Origin: Centroscyllium fabricii
Taxonomy: Eukaryota
Direction of reading: 5' to 3'
DNA length: 64,000 bases
Assembly (NCBI GenBank): GCA_051313645.2
Contig: JBNRSN020000014.1
Location: 63,798,001 to 63,862,000, forward strand
The notes beneath the pieces were generated by a model. The model was not told the origin of the DNA. It made no database searches and was given only the letters and a program-made list of their open reading frames with translations. Numbering within the stretch: the first letter of the stretch is position 1; each line of letters starts with the position of its first letter. Of this stretch, positions 49,701 to 62,760 are shown piece after piece. Both the position numbers and the translations under genes were made by a program.

Positions 49701-50639
49701 TGTGTCGAACTGTCTAGCCTAATCCTGGCATTCACACATACGCTTTCCAGCAGAGTCCAAGGGAATGATAATAAGGACTGGGACACCTGGTTAATTTGCT
49801 TCTCTTTTCCACACCCAATACCACCTATGGAGAGACTATCAGGTATTTTCTCCCATTTCTCCTTGCTTGAATCTCTATTGTTCATCCCATCAGGTCCTAA
49901 AAACAGGCAGTTACCTCCAGGCATCCACACATGGTTCTCTGAAGTAGGCTGATCAGAGGTTCACAACAGTGGGCTGGATGAGACTCTCTCTATCCCTCTT
50001 GGGTAACGATTTACAGTAACTATTTAAAGCGGCACTTTACATTACTTTGTCAAAACATTCTTGAATTGCTCCTGTTTAAAATTATTCCAGTATTCCTTAT
50101 TTACCTGCAAATAAAGTACCTCTAAAAAATCTACTCTGGCTGCAGGTATTCCTGGAGGTTTGATCACATGACCACCGGGTCTCTGATAGTTCGGCAGGGC
50201 CACGTGCAAAGGTCATGGGTTCCTACTCCGCTTCGTTTATGGCGGTGGCGCGGTCTAAGGAATTTCGATCATAATTCTTAACATAATTTTTACTGGTCGT
50301 GGATACCCAAGACTTCTGGGCAGAATTCCTCTGAATGCTTGTTTTGAGCCCAGGTGACCCTCGAGTGTCAACATGCTGTATTTACTTACTGACTGGATTT
50401 CTTCTGTGACAGGTGAGCAGCACATGGAATATGTTAATGTTCGCTGATTTCCCCATTTGGATTTGATCTGGTTATTCACTATTCGTTTGTTTTGTTTAAA
50501 TATCTCTTGGGGTGGGCCAGCCCTTCCTGAAATTCTCATGATGTCTCCCCTGTGTTGCGGCCAGTGGCTCCTCCTCGAACCACCCCGCCCCTGCCCCCGC
50601 CCCATTCCCACCTTCAACCACTGGAGACCAGGGTCACAT

Positions 50640-50812
50640 ATATGAAGGAGTTGGATATATTTCTTAAGGCTAAAGGGATCAAGGGATATGGGGAGAAGGC
50701 AGGTACGGGGTACTGAATTTGGATGATCAGCCACGATCTCATCGAATGGCAGAGCAGGCTCGAGGGGCCGAATGGCCGACTCCTGATCCTATCTTTTATG
50801 TTTCTATGTTTC
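50640..50812 (+). mobile_element. Short CR1 3'-end insertion
   Basis: Matches 34605-34755; TATGTTTCTATGTTTC tail. Confidence 0.8.
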
Positions 50813-51686
50813 ACATATAAAAGACACATCGTGCCGCTTCCCCTCACCCCGCTTTCACCGATTCAAATCTCAATCTCAATCCTGATCACGAATCTCGCAG
50901 GCTATTTAGTTAGGGAACAGTGTTGAAATTCTCAGAGTTGAAAGCTTCTTTCCACTCCACACTAACTTCGCCGCAACTAGGACGAGGCGGGCAGAGGCGG
51001 CAGAGTTCCCTGAATGCGGAGCTCTTTTTCTCCCGGGTTGCCAGCAGCAGTGCCAGAGAGAGCAAACCTCAATTCTGGGAGACTCCCTGGACAAAGTGGG
51101 AAGGTTGGCAACCCTTGGCAGACAGGCTACAAAGTAAAATCCAAAATGTTTTGGATAAAGCAAATCCACAATGGAGGACAATGACTAATCCTATTAGGGA
51201 AATTAATCAGGTCTTATCTGTGGGAACATTTGGAATTTTACTGTCCTTCATTGTATCGCTCTCAATGGCAAGGCACGTTATCATTTTGAGTGGTTTAATT
51301 TATATTGGTCAAATATGTCTTACCTTCCTTGTCCAAAATGCGGTTTCTTGTGACTCATTCTACAGGCATCAACATTTTTAACTTGCTACCTTAACAGAGG
51401 AGAAGTAAATCCTACCAGAGGCCGAGAATTTCCTCGGAGCTACTCTCACTCCCGCTACCTTAACTTCACCGGAAGTACGGCAGGAACCCAGTTTGTGTGC
51501 GTAAAACAGTGCATCTCCTGCCCTCGCAGCGAAGTTACGGCGATGAAGCAGGAAGATCGGCTCCGAGGAAATTCCCAGCAAATTCTCAGTCCTGCAAAGA
51601 TGTCGGTAAGCTGAGATTCTAACAGCCTGATTCCACCTGTTTGAGGAATTCCTACTCCAGGAGATGGGCGGGACTGTTGAAGTTAC

Positions 51687-51859
51687 CTTAGTTTGTTCTT
51701 CAGCGTGTTGCATTCACGGGTCAGGGTTTCATTCAGCTCGGTGGCTTCCTCCAGCTCTCTCTGAAGCTTGCGCCGGGACGCGTTGATCCGCTGAGATTCC
51801 TCCTCGGTCTCTTCCAGCTGCCGCTTGAGCTGTTTCACGCGGGAATTGCCTTTCTCTGC
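51687..51859 (-). CDS. MYH11: MYH11 last common rod exon, 173 nt
   Basis: [57 protein letters not shown](R), donor AG|GTAACT. Confidence 0.95.
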
Positions 51860-52004
51860 CTGCAACGTCAAAAACATTTTGAGGAGATATTTTAAATGTG
51901 TGCCATGGTAACATTGTAAAAGCAGGTCTTTCTCAAACTGCGACACCAGTATTCTTGGGAAATTTGAAAATGGGCAATGTAATATGGAAAAATACACAAG
52001 TTAC

Positions 52005-52668
52005 AAGAACATAAGAAGTAGGAGCAGGAGTAGGACATACGGCCCCTCGGCCCTGCTCCGCCATTCAATAGGATCATGGCTGATCCGAACTTAGACTCAC
52101 GTCCACTTCCCTGCCCGCTCCCTGTAACCCCTTATTCCCTTATCAGCTAGGAAACTGTCCATCTCCATTTTAAATTTATTTAATGTCGCTGCTTCCACAG
52201 CTCTCTGGGGCAGCAAATTCCGCAGATTTACTACCCTCTGAGTGAAGAAGTTTCTCCTCATCTCAGTTTTGAAAGGGCAGCCCCTTATTCTCAGATTATG
52301 CCCCCTAGTTCTAGTCTCACCCATCAGTGGAAACATCCTCACTGCACCCACCCAATCAAGCCCCCTCACAATCTCATATGTTTCAATAAGATCGTCCTTG
52401 AGTAGAGGTCCAATCTACCCAACCTTTCCTCATAAGTCAACCCCCTTATCTCCGGAATCAACCGAGTGAACCTTCTCTGAACTGCCTCAAGAGCAAGTAT
52501 ATCTTTTCTTAAATATGGAAACCAAAACTGCACGCAGTATTCCAGGTGTGGCCTCACCAGTACCAGTACCCTGTATAAATGTAGCAAGACTTCCCTGCTT
52601 TTATACTCCATCCCCCTTGCAATAAAAGCCAAGATTCCATTGGCCTTCCTGATCACCTGCTGTACCTG
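52005..52668 (-). mobile_element. CR1 LINE 3' fragment
   Basis: LVRPHLEYCVQFW, LEAVQRRFTRLIP, RNFFTQRVVNL; ACATAAGAA tail. Confidence 0.9.
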
Positions 52669-52707
52669 AGATAAGGGTCTCTCCCTTGTAGGGGTACCCA
52701 AGGCTAT

Positions 52708-53463
52708 GGACCAGATTTTGCTCTCACTGGTGAACGAATGGCACCCACAGACTTTCTATAAGAGTTTGGCACTGGAACTTGCGGTAAATTAGAGAGCCAA
52801 AACGACGCAGCGCCCTCTATGGGGATCTGGCACCAGTGAACGGTAAGCAACTGTGTATCTCCTTAACCAATCAGATTGAAGAATCGTTACTGAGCAGCGA
52901 AGTCTGCATCAGGAAGTGTCAGTTAGAATATTGAATTCAATGTCAAATCAGGTACAGAAAGAAAAGTAGAGGGGGGGGGGGGAAGAAAGATTGGATTGAG
53001 AGAGAGAGAGAGATAAAAAGTACAGAAAGAATAAGTTAAAAAAAGTTTTATTTAAATGTTTGCATTTAAAAAAAAATTCCAACAATAATTAAAATCTGAA
53101 GGAATGAGACCCCACATTTGTAAAAGTTAATTTTCAGTGCCAGAGAGGTTGTTTGGCAGTAAAGAAGATATCACTCCATTAAAAATTTACTTAAACTGGA
53201 ATGGACAAGTCCTAACATTTTCTGGTGAGTTTAGTGTGCATCGATCACACAAGTACAGCAAATTCACGCTATTCCATGTATTTCAATGCCGAGTCTCTCA
53301 GCGAGATACTGTTATAGCGGAGCTTCTGGAGGAGCAGGGCAACGTGAACAGCAACTTCACGATTTCCATGGTTAATTGCGCAAGTGCGGACGCCGGATGT
53401 TTACACTTTAATAACAGTGAGCACGGATAGCCTCACCGTTATTTCTACAGCAAAATTCGGCCC
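52708..53463. mobile_element. PIF/Harbinger-ISL2EU-like MITE
   Basis: AT|GGACCAGATTTTGC...GCAAAATTCGGCCC|AT; homologous to 18935-19567. Confidence 0.7.
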
Positions 53464-53699
53464 ATGTCGACATCTGCTTAAGATGCTTACAACATAGGCT
53501 AAACTTTGTGACAAGCTCCTTAACTGAAGAGAATCAAGGTGATCCTGGAATGCAGAGCAGCACTTCAGATTGATTTTTTTTAAATGGTTGCGGACAGAAC
53601 AATGTGCTGGAGATCCGGCTGCATGAGGTCTTTGAAAGAGACAGCCATTCAGCAATTAAGGGTGCCATCAGAGCAGTATGAGTGGAGGCGACAGTTAAG

Positions 53700-54755
53700 T
53701 ACCTAACTTGCACGAAATTCCATTCACCCGTCACCCCGGTGCTCGCTGACCTCATTTCACTCCTGGTCCAGCAACGCCTCTATTTTAAAATTCATATGCT
53801 TGTTTTCAAGTCCCTCCATGGTCTCGCCCCTCCCTATCTCTGTAACCTCCTCCAGCCCCACAAGCCTCGGAGATCTCCTGTGCTCCTCCAATTCAGCCCT
53901 CTTGTCCACTGCACCCCCTCCCCGCCCCCCCCCCCCCCCCCCCCGATTTTCATCACTCCAGCATTGGTGGCCGTGCCTTCAGCTGCCTAGACATTGCTTT
54001 TGGTCCCTGCCAGAAACTCTGTCCCCTAGCCATTGACTCCATCCCTCTCCCTGGCAACTGTCTGAGGTTGAACCAGACAGCTCACAACCTTGGTGTCATA
54101 GTTGATCCGGAGATGAGCTTCCGACCACATATCCGCGCCATCACAAAGACCACCTTTTCCATCTCTGGACCATCACTCAACTCCGCCCCTGCCTCAGCTC
54201 ATCTGCTACTGAAACTCTCATCCATGCCTTTGTTACCTCTAGACTTGACTATTCCAATGCACTCCTTGCTGGCCTCCCACATTCTATCCTCTGTAAACTT
54301 AAACTCTGCTGCCCCTGTCCTAAATCGCACCAAGTCCCGTTCACCCATCACCCCTGTGCTCGCTGACCGACATTGGCTCCCAGTTAAGTAAAAGCCTCGA
54401 TTTTAAAATTCTCATTCTTGTTTTCAAATCCCTCCATGGACTCGCCCCTCCCTATCTCTAACCTCCTATCTGCACTCCTCCAATTCTGGCCTCGAGCATT
54501 CCCGATTTTAATCGCTCCACCATGGTAGCCGTGTCAAGGCCCTAAGCTCTAGAATTCCCTCCCTAAACCTCATTGCCTCTCTTTCCTCCTTTAAGGTGTT
54601 TCTTAAAGCCTACCTCTTTGACCAAACATTTGGTCATTTGCCCCAATATCTCATGTGACTTGGTGTCAAACTTTGTTTGATAACGTTCCTGTGAAGCGAC
54701 TTGGGGCATTTTACTATGTTAAAGGTGCTATATAAATACAAATTGGTTGTTGTTG
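53700..54755 (+). mobile_element. Two tandem L2 3' fragments
   Basis: HSPVTPVLADL..L..FKSLHGLAPPYL occurs twice; tail GGTGCTATATAAATACAAATTGGTTGTTGTTG. Confidence 0.8.
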
Positions 54756-55744
54756 TTGACAGAACTTATCAATGGAGTCTTAACTGTGGCCTGAACCGGA
54801 GAACAGTTGAGGAAGACATTGAATTAGGCTGCACGAAGTTGCCAAACTAAGGCCTTGATTTCGGCAGCTGTGGAGAGTCCGGTCTCAAACCGCACTCCCA
54901 TCTTCATCCCGCCTCATCCAAGTGATTCTGCCCTGATTGGGCTAGTGAAGCCCACCGTACGAGGTTCCCAGCCAATTAAAAGGAAGCGGGTCTGATGTTA
55001 ACTGATGACACGTCATCAGCCGGTTTCCTTAAAGGGACCTTGTCCACATTCATTTTGACAGTTGTGCTGTCAAATGTTGTAAAGCACTGAGGTGCTGCAA
55101 ACACTGACAAGCACTGCACAAAGGTGCACGGTTGCACCCAGGCTCTTCCATTACTCTCCACAGGAGGGCACAAGTAGGGATGTCATCAGGAGGACCAGGC
55201 TGCAGTGGCGCCAACCTTTCAATGATCACAGTAGATCATGAAACGTTACTGCAAAGCCACACTCAACCTCATCCTGCTGTGCCACTCATCACATCCCCAT
55301 CACTCTGCCTTCCCTACCCTACTCCTGCACATCCTTACTCACACCAACTTACCTTGCATCTCCACCCATCCCTCTCTATCTATATTATCACTTACCCACC
55401 TCACTAGATACCCCTCCCTCCCGGCATTGCGGATGGCGGCCGATTGAATACTTAACCTTGCGTCGAGGTGCGGCCGCTATGGCCGCTCCAGCCGGAACCG
55501 GAAATCAGTCCAGTGATTAACTGAACAAGCAGGATCAATACCAGCCCCTGCTGTCTGACAAATGGGAGCAGTGGTTATGATCTGAAATTTCTGAATTCGA
55601 TGTCGAGTCCGGAAGGCTGTAAAGGGTCTAATTGAAAGTGACTACACTTTGTTGTCTGTGAAGCACTTTGGGGCATCTTAAGATAATGAGAGGCGAGGTA
55701 TAAGTGCAAGGTTGCTCGTTTTTCTGGAGAGGTCAACACTGTAC

Positions 55745-55853
55745 CTGTTCTTTATACTGCTCCCCATGTCTTCGCTCATCCTCCACCTGCATCATGATCT
55801 CTTTCAGTTTCTTCTCTGTACGACGAGCTACCTTGGTGGTTGCTTGTTTTTCC
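55745..55853 (-). CDS. MYH11: MYH11 rod-domain exon, 109 nt
   Basis: (K)[36 protein letters not shown]; AG/GT borders. Confidence 0.95.
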
Positions 55854-56723
55854 CTGAAGAGTAAGATGTTGCATGTGAAACAGACCAAGAAACATTATCG
55901 TAGTAACAGGCTTTAGTAGTTGCAGTAGAACAATTTGTCTGGCTTGTGACAGACTTTATCTAAGTTAATTACATCAAGATTTCCTAACATAACAAACAGC
56001 AATTTGCTATTTAGCTTTTAATACCAACTTGATTTTAAAAAACTAACCAGTCTATTCATGTGTACAGTCTGTAGAAATGTGCAGTCTGTAGAAAACTAAT
56101 CCAGTGCACACGCAGAGAGTCACGAGGCTTAATCCCATAATGGTTCTAATGCACAAACCACAAGAGTGAAGCTTAAACGGTTTATGGGCACCCGTGCAAT
56201 TGCCAAAATTGAACTATTCCCTGAAGCAACCTGCCAGCTATTACTTATTCTTATTTATAGTGTACTCATCTGGAATATAATGTTCAATTTGTAACCTTTT
56301 TTTTTTTGAAGGTGGTGGGTGAATTGTCAATATTTTGCAGATAAGAGGAATATAACAGGTACAGTAACACATGCCTGAATGTGTACATCCTGTGACAACT
56401 ATTATGTTTTTTTTAAAGCTGGGAATATCAGGGAAAAATTATACCCTGTATATTATGGAGATCTGATCCACAACTGTATTGCACTTGATTATAACGATGA
56501 TCCCTCACCATGAAAACGTTAATGCTTTTCTTACCAATTGAAGGGAAATCAGGAGTATCTTAACGCTGCAGCATCAATATATTGGAAGGCCATTCAGTTT
56601 GTGTTTTGGATTTATCATTTCTTAGGCATTGTGCTACAGAAGAAAACTATATAACAGTATAACACCTGCAAATAAAGGCCAGTGAAGAAGACAAAGAAAG
56701 ACAGTCTTGCCGGGTGCTCTTAC

Positions 56724-56932
56724 TTTGCTTCGGTCTCCAGTTGCTCTTCTAACTGGACGATCTTAGTCTCCAGAGAGGTTATTGTCGCTTTGAACTTGGA
56801 CTTGACTGTCCCTTCCATTTCCTGCAGCTTGGCCTTCAGCTCTTTGTTCTGCCTCTCGAGCTGCTGGCGAGCACTATCATTCTTCTGATTTGCACTGCGC
56901 TCAGCAGCCAGTTCATTAGACAGCTGTTCCGA
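56724..56932 (-). CDS. MYH11: MYH11 rod-domain exon, 209 nt
   Basis: [69 protein letters not shown](K), donor GTAAGA. Confidence 0.95.
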
Positions 56933-57049
56933 CTGACAATTAAAAAGAAATGTGATCCGATTGAAAAAGGATTAACTCATCTGGGTGACCTATCAAATTC
57001 AAAATGCTGGGGGGGAAAAGCATTTTTAAGTGGCTGTAAACAAGCCACG

Positions 57050-57995
57050 AATGGTTTGAATTGGGTCCCGAGCCGCTGCCTGTCGGGTCTGCTCAGCGCT
57101 GGCAGACCCAACATCAGGAAATGCAGGTGTGTGCGTTTTGACAGCGGGTTCCCGACCCAGTGTCAATCATTTAAAATTTTACAGCTGACCCGCCACCCAT
57201 CCTGTCCGCTGAGCGTCGGCAAAAATCACAGCCTATGGGGGGGATTTTGCCGGAAGTGCAGAAACCTGGCGGGGATTGGTCGGGGCGGGTTCCTGTCCCG
57301 CCTAGCCAAAGACCTGGGAACCCCATGCAATTTTCATTTAATTGAGTTCTTAAATCCCCGCCTGTGGCTGCCGGTGGTAATTGAATCAATCGAGTTGGGG
57401 CTCCAGCAGTTTGATTGACAGTTCCAGCACTGGTTGTTGACAGTTCCCATGGAAACACTCCACTGAGACACCACAGTCGAATGGAACCAATGGGAAAGGT
57501 CAAGTGCTGGTGACTGACAGGTGGGCGGGTGGGCTCCGAATCCTTGACAGCTCGGTACCGGCTGTGAGGAAATGTGCAAAGCTGAGATTTCTCAGTTTTT
57601 GCCCACAGCTGGTGCACCCACCACGGAGTCACTTACTCCTCTAAGGTGCTGGAGGCATGCTAAGCATTTTGCAGCATGTCCTTCCCCACCTTGAAGGAGA
57701 AAGTAATGACCAGCGCTGTGCTCCTGCTGGGTTTCACCCAGCGGGGTTTAAGGTGATGGAGAATGGGTGGGAAATGGCTATGGGCCCTTAAAATGGCATT
57801 AAACATGCCAATTAAGGGCCCTTAATGATGTGACAACCCATCCTTGCCGGCCGCCGGCGGGAAGGTTTCGGGGCGGGGAATCAGGGCGGGGAAAATGTTA
57901 AAGCGGCGGGGATCACGACCCACTGGATGCGCCATTTTGCCGGCCGACCCGCCGAAAACCCTGCCTTACGGGGACATAAAAATCCCGCCCCCCCC
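57050..57995. mobile_element. Harbinger-like non-autonomous element, copy 1
   Basis: Long homology with 58599-59425 (GTTGACAGTTCCCATGGAAACACTCC; CCTTGAAGGAGAAAGT; GGCCCTTAAAATGGCATT). Confidence 0.6.
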
Positions 57996-58221
57996 CTTAG
58001 TGTGGGATATTCACAACATTTTGTTTGTGAGTACTGAGTTACAATGTGCATATGCTTTCCCATATTGAATTTAGATACAGATTTTAAAAAATTCAATACT
58101 GATTTTGAAAACTTTCTAATCATCTGGATAATCAACAGTCCAATGATCTGGTTTATGGGATCACAGCTAGCAGATGTTAGATTCAATGAGGTGATGTGAT
58201 TGAGTTTCTCCACTATTTTAC

Positions 58222-58345
58222 CTGCTGTATAACTTTCCTGAGACGGTCATTCAGTGTTTCCATGTTGCCCTGTTCCTCTTCCAGCTCTTCCTCCATTTGC
58301 GATATTCTAGTCTCCAGACGCCGCTTCTCATCCAAAAGTGCAGAC
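58222..58345 (-). CDS. MYH11: MYH11 rod-domain exon, 124 nt
   Basis: (K)[41 protein letters not shown]; phase 2/0. Confidence 0.95.
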
Positions 58346-58598
58346 CTGTAAAAAAAATTAAAAGCAGCTGGATCTTTTCCCTAATCACATTGAACCACAA
58401 ACTGTGCTTTAGAGGTTTCAGAAAGCATTATTCATGCTCTACAGCCATTTTATTACATCTAACCATTATATTTCATGGAGCTATTTTCTTTACATTTACA
58501 CGATAGTTAAAGATACATTGAATTCCAAAAAATTGACATTATTTACACCCAAATCTATTGATACTAAAATTGCATTCCAGAAACGATTTAGAATCGAT

Positions 58599-59425
58599 GG
58601 GAGGGATTTCCCCGAAGGTGCGGGAACCTGGTGGGGATTGGTCGAGTCGGGTTTCTATCCCACCTGCAGGCCTGGAAACCTGATGAAATTTTCATGAAAT
58701 TGATCAATTAAATCCCTGCGTGCGGGGAGCCCCTTGTAATTGCCTGAGTCGAGTCGGCAATCAAGGTGCTGGAGCGGGGTGCGAGGAGCTTGACAGACAG
58801 TTCCAGGGACTGTCTGTTGACAGTTCCCATGGAAACACTCCATTGTGACATCACAATGGAGTGCAACCAATCAGAAAGGCCAAGTGCTTTGACTGACAGG
58901 TGGACGGGCGGGCTGCAAATCTTTGACAGCTAGGGAGCGTCTCTGAATGGTTCTGTCAAGGTAAGGTTTTTAAGTGTTTTCTCCACAGCTGGTCTTCATC
59001 CAAGGGAGTCACTTACACCTCCAGGGTTATTGAAGGCCTGGAAAGCATTCTGCTGTAGGTGCTTCAATACCTTGAAGGAGAAAGTGACCAAGGCCACTGT
59101 GCTCCTGCTGGGTTTCACCAGTGGGGTTTCAGGAGGGCGGGGTTTGGGTGGGAAGGGCTGGAAAATAGGTGAGGGCCCTTAAAATGGCATTGTGCCGATC
59201 AATTAAGGGCCCTCAATTACTTTAGCAAGCATCTCCCCGGTGAGAAAGTTTCGGGACGGTGGGACATGCCGCCTGAAACTTACAAGCCGGCAGCGATCCA
59301 GTGGGGGAAGGGTCGCGACCCCCCCCCTAACCCTAACCCTAACCCCCCCCCCCGGTTCCGCGATTTTAGGCCCCGCCCCGCCAGATCGTCGCCCTCACGG
59401 GCCGAGGAAATTCCCCCCCCCCCCC
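58599..59425. mobile_element. Harbinger-like non-autonomous element, copy 2
   Basis: TIR-like GGGAGGGATTTCC...GGAAATTCCCCCC; homologous to copy 1. Confidence 0.6.
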
Positions 59426-60292
59426 AGGTCTACATCGTCCCTCTCTTTCGTGAAGACAGACGCAAAGCATTCATTAAGAACCATACCCACATCTTCCGCC
59501 TTCAAACACAGGTTACCTTATTGATCTTTACTAGGCCCTAATCTTTTAGTTATCCCTTTGCTCTTTATGTATTTATAAAGCATCTTTGGGTTTTTCTTGA
59601 TTTTACTTGCCAATATTTTTTCATGCCCTCTCTTTGCTTTCCTAATTTCCTTTTTAATTTCACCCCTGCACTTTCGATACTCTGCTGGGCTTTTTGCAGG
59701 ATTGAGCACTTGGTATCGGACATAAGCTTCCCTTTTTTGCCTTGTATGCTTCTTGACATCCAGGGAGCTTTAGATTGGTTAGTCGCACCCTTTTTCTTTG
59801 AGAGAACATATTTGCTCTGAACCCTCAATATCTCCTCCTTGAATGCCTCACTGCTTGGACACCGATTTCCCTTCAAGTCGCTGTTTCCAGCCAACCTTTG
59901 CTAAATCACATCTCAGCTTAGTAAAATTGGCCTTTCCCCAATTGAGAACTTTTACTCCTGTCTATCTTTGTCCTTTTCTACAACTACACAAAATCTAACT
60001 GAATTATGATCACTACCACCAAAATACTCTCCCCTTTCACCTGCCCAGCTTCATTCCCTAAAACTAAGTCCAGAACCACACCCTCTTTTGTTGGGCTTGC
60101 CACATACTGGCTAAAAAAGTTCTCCTGAATGCATTTTAAGAATTCTGCACCCTCTATACCTTTTACACTGATTTTATCTCAGTTACTATTAGGGTAGTTG
60201 AAATCCCCTACTATTACTGCCCTATTGTTTTTGCACTTCAGAAATGTGCTTACATATATGCTCTTCCAACTCCCTCTGACTGTTTGGGGGTC
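59426..60292 (-). mobile_element. CR1 LINE internal ORF2 fragment
   Basis: EIRKAKRGHEKILASKIKKNPKMLYKYIKSK; endonuclease-to-RT linker. Confidence 0.8.
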
Positions 60293-60539
60293 TGTGATGT
60301 GATGTAATGGAACAATGTTTGGATCCTGTTTGAAGTGTTGTCATCTGGTTTATTCAATATAATTTAATGTTTCCAGATGGGATTGAAAAGAAATCTACAA
60401 CATGACTTTTCACTTTATGGATATGGTGATCAAGTCGTCAAAGTGAATCAGTCATTTTAATGTGGTGTAAAGATTCACAGATTTGCAAGCCTTCATTTTA
60501 GTAAGAATACAAAAAAGTAAAGATCTTTCTGTTACATAC

Positions 60540-60628
60540 TTTCCAGATATGTTGCCTGCTAACTCCTCTGCTAGTTCTTCCTTCTCCTGTTCAGCGTGAC
60601 GGCGAGTGCGTTCTGCAGCTGCCAAATC
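60540..60628 (-). CDS. MYH11: MYH11 rod-domain exon, 89 nt
   Basis: DLAAAERTRRHAEQEKEELAEELAGNISG(K), donor AA|GTATGT. Confidence 0.95.
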
Positions 60629-60659
60629 CTTTGAAGAAGGAGGAAAAAACTCATTTAAA

Positions 60660-61080
60660 TAGAAACATAGAAGATAGGAGCAGGAGTCGGCCATTCGGCC
60701 CCTCGAGCCTGCTCCGCCATTCAATGAGATCATGGCTGATCATCCAAACTCAGTACCCTGTCCCTGCCTTCTCCCCATATCCCTTGATCCCTTTAGCCTT
60801 AAGGAATATATCCAACTCCTTCTTGAATATATTTAATGAATTGGCCTCTACTGCCTTCTGTGGTAGAGAATTCCACAGGTTCTCCACTCTCGGTGAAGAA
60901 ATTCCTCCTCATCTCAGTCCTAAATGGCTTACCCCTTATCGTTAGACTATGACCCCTGGTTCTGGACTCCCGCACCATCGGGAACATCCTTCCTGCATCT
61001 AGTTTGTCCAGGCCTGACAGAATTTTATAGGTTTCGATGAGATCCCCTCTCAATCTTCTAAACTCCAGAGTATAAGCCCA
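60660..61080 (-). mobile_element. CR1 3' fragment ending about 30 nt from an MYH11 acceptor
   Basis: LEFRRLRGDLIETYKILSGLDKLDAGRMFP; same subfamily as 33640-34755. Confidence 0.88.
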
Positions 61081-61722
61081 AATAAAGGGAATATTACACA
61101 TTGGAGATGTTACTGTGGTAATCATGTTTCACTAGAATCCAAATGCTGCTGCTCTGATGAAGGCACCTCCTACCGAACATTCAGGCATTAACCACATTTT
61201 AGGCTTTGAATGTTTCCTTTGTTGGTTTAGGAATACACTGGAGTGCCTCTTTAACAAAAATAAAGGTGCCACGCATGGCTATAAGATACTCTGAAATTTG
61301 TTTAAATACTTGCTATATATTGAATAAATATTTGAAGGAGAAAAATTGTAGGGCTGTGGGAAAGGAGCAGGGGAGTGGGGCTGATTGGATGGCTCTTTCA
61401 AAGAGCCGGCACAGGCACGATGGGCCAAATGGCCTCCTTCTGTGCCGTAAGATTCTATATCTTGACGATTTGGACTTGTACCTTCTTTAGGTAAAGTAAG
61501 TGAACTTTCTGAATATTTGTTATCGCTGTATTGCTTATCATCTCGATTCTACACCACCAAATAATTAAATGCCTGCTCCTTCCTTCCAATAAACATTCCG
61601 GTGGTGTTAATAGCTTGTCCTTATTTCAGGGTCATACCTTGCTCATCAAAGAAAATGCCTTTCAAACGCGAGCTTGACGAGGGCAAATCCCTGTGTGACC
61701 TCATTTATTTCCTTATGTTTAC

Positions 61723-61851
61723 CTCCTGGAGTTGGAGAAGATCTGCCTCCAGACTCTTGGCTTTTTTCTCATTGTCTTTAGCCTGAGCCAAGACTTCTTC
61801 CCTGGAGTTCCGGGCGTCCTCGAGTTCACGTTGGTAATCCTTCATCTGAGC
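61723..61851 (-). CDS. MYH11: MYH11 rod-domain exon, 129 nt
   Basis: AG/GT borders; [43 protein letters not shown]. Confidence 0.95.
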
Positions 61852-62100
61852 CTGTTGTTGAGCAAAGCAGAAACTTTATTTGCTGAGATTTGAATCCCAC
61901 CGATTTTATTTTATGCTCCATCTTCATAAAAAAAACTGTTCACCTGTTTACACAAACCAATGCACGATCTTAAAATAGATGAACACAGGACTTTTGTTCA
62001 AGAATCTAGATAATATATCACAATCCTCTTTCAGCATTTAATGGTGGGGCTTCTGAACTATGATTTTTTTTACATAAATGAAACCACGCTATTACTAATA

Positions 62101-62760
62101 CAGGTTGAGCACCGGTAATCCGGCACCCTCGGGACCAGGCCGGTGCCGAACCACTGAAGGTTCGGGTAGAACGTGCATATAGAATACTCCCCGGAGCCCG
62201 GAGCATGCGGGTAGAACACTCCCCGGGGCCCGGAGCGCGCGGGTAGAACACTCCCCGGGGCCCGGAGCGCGCGGGCAGAACACTCCCCGGGGCCCGGAGC
62301 GCGCGGGTAGAACACTCCCCGGGGCCCGGAGCGCGCGGGTAGAACACTCCCCGGGGCCCGGAGCGCGCGGGTAGAACACTCCCCGGGGCCCGGAGCGCGC
62401 GGGTAGAACACTCCCCGGGGCCCGGAGCGCGCGGGTAGAACACTCCCCGGGGCCCGGAGCGCGCGGGCAGAACACTCCCCGAGGCCCGGAGCGCTCGGGC
62501 AGAACACTCCCCGAGGCCCGGAGCGCTCGGGCAGAACACTCCCCGGGGCCCGCGGTAGAACACTCCCCGGGAGGGATCCCGGGGATAGAACACTTAGAAG
62601 ACCTAAAATATCAGCAACCCAAATGCCAGACACCTTCAGCACTCGCCCACCCTTCGCGGGAAACGGTGGCGCCGCCGAGCGACTGCTCCGCAAACCGAAG
62701 ACCGCCGGTTTCGATTCGTGCCGGACCACTGAAGGTGCCGGACCATCGGGTGGTTTCACA
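62101..62760. mobile_element. Tigger/pogo-like MITE with an expanded internal minisatellite
   Basis: TA|CAGGTTGAGCACCGGTAATCCGGCACC left TIR; right end degenerate. Confidence 0.7.
62180..62570. repeat. 32-bp GC-rich minisatellite, about 12 copies
   Basis: Unit GGGTAGAACACTCCCCGGGGCCCGGAGCGCGC; starts at 62241 and 62273 give the period. Confidence 0.95.

Noticed and set aside
59325-59345. (CCCTAA)3 as an interstitial telomere or fusion site
   Set aside because: Only three units, embedded in a transposon; too short to imply a chromosome fusion
61150-61195. CTGATGA motif as a further hammerhead
   Set aside because: No clean helix II and no GAAA core downstream
62018-62759. CRISPR-like array or 191-229-aa repeat proteins
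   Set aside because: Head-to-tail 32-bp units with no unique spacers, in a vertebrate intron; an ordinary minisatellite
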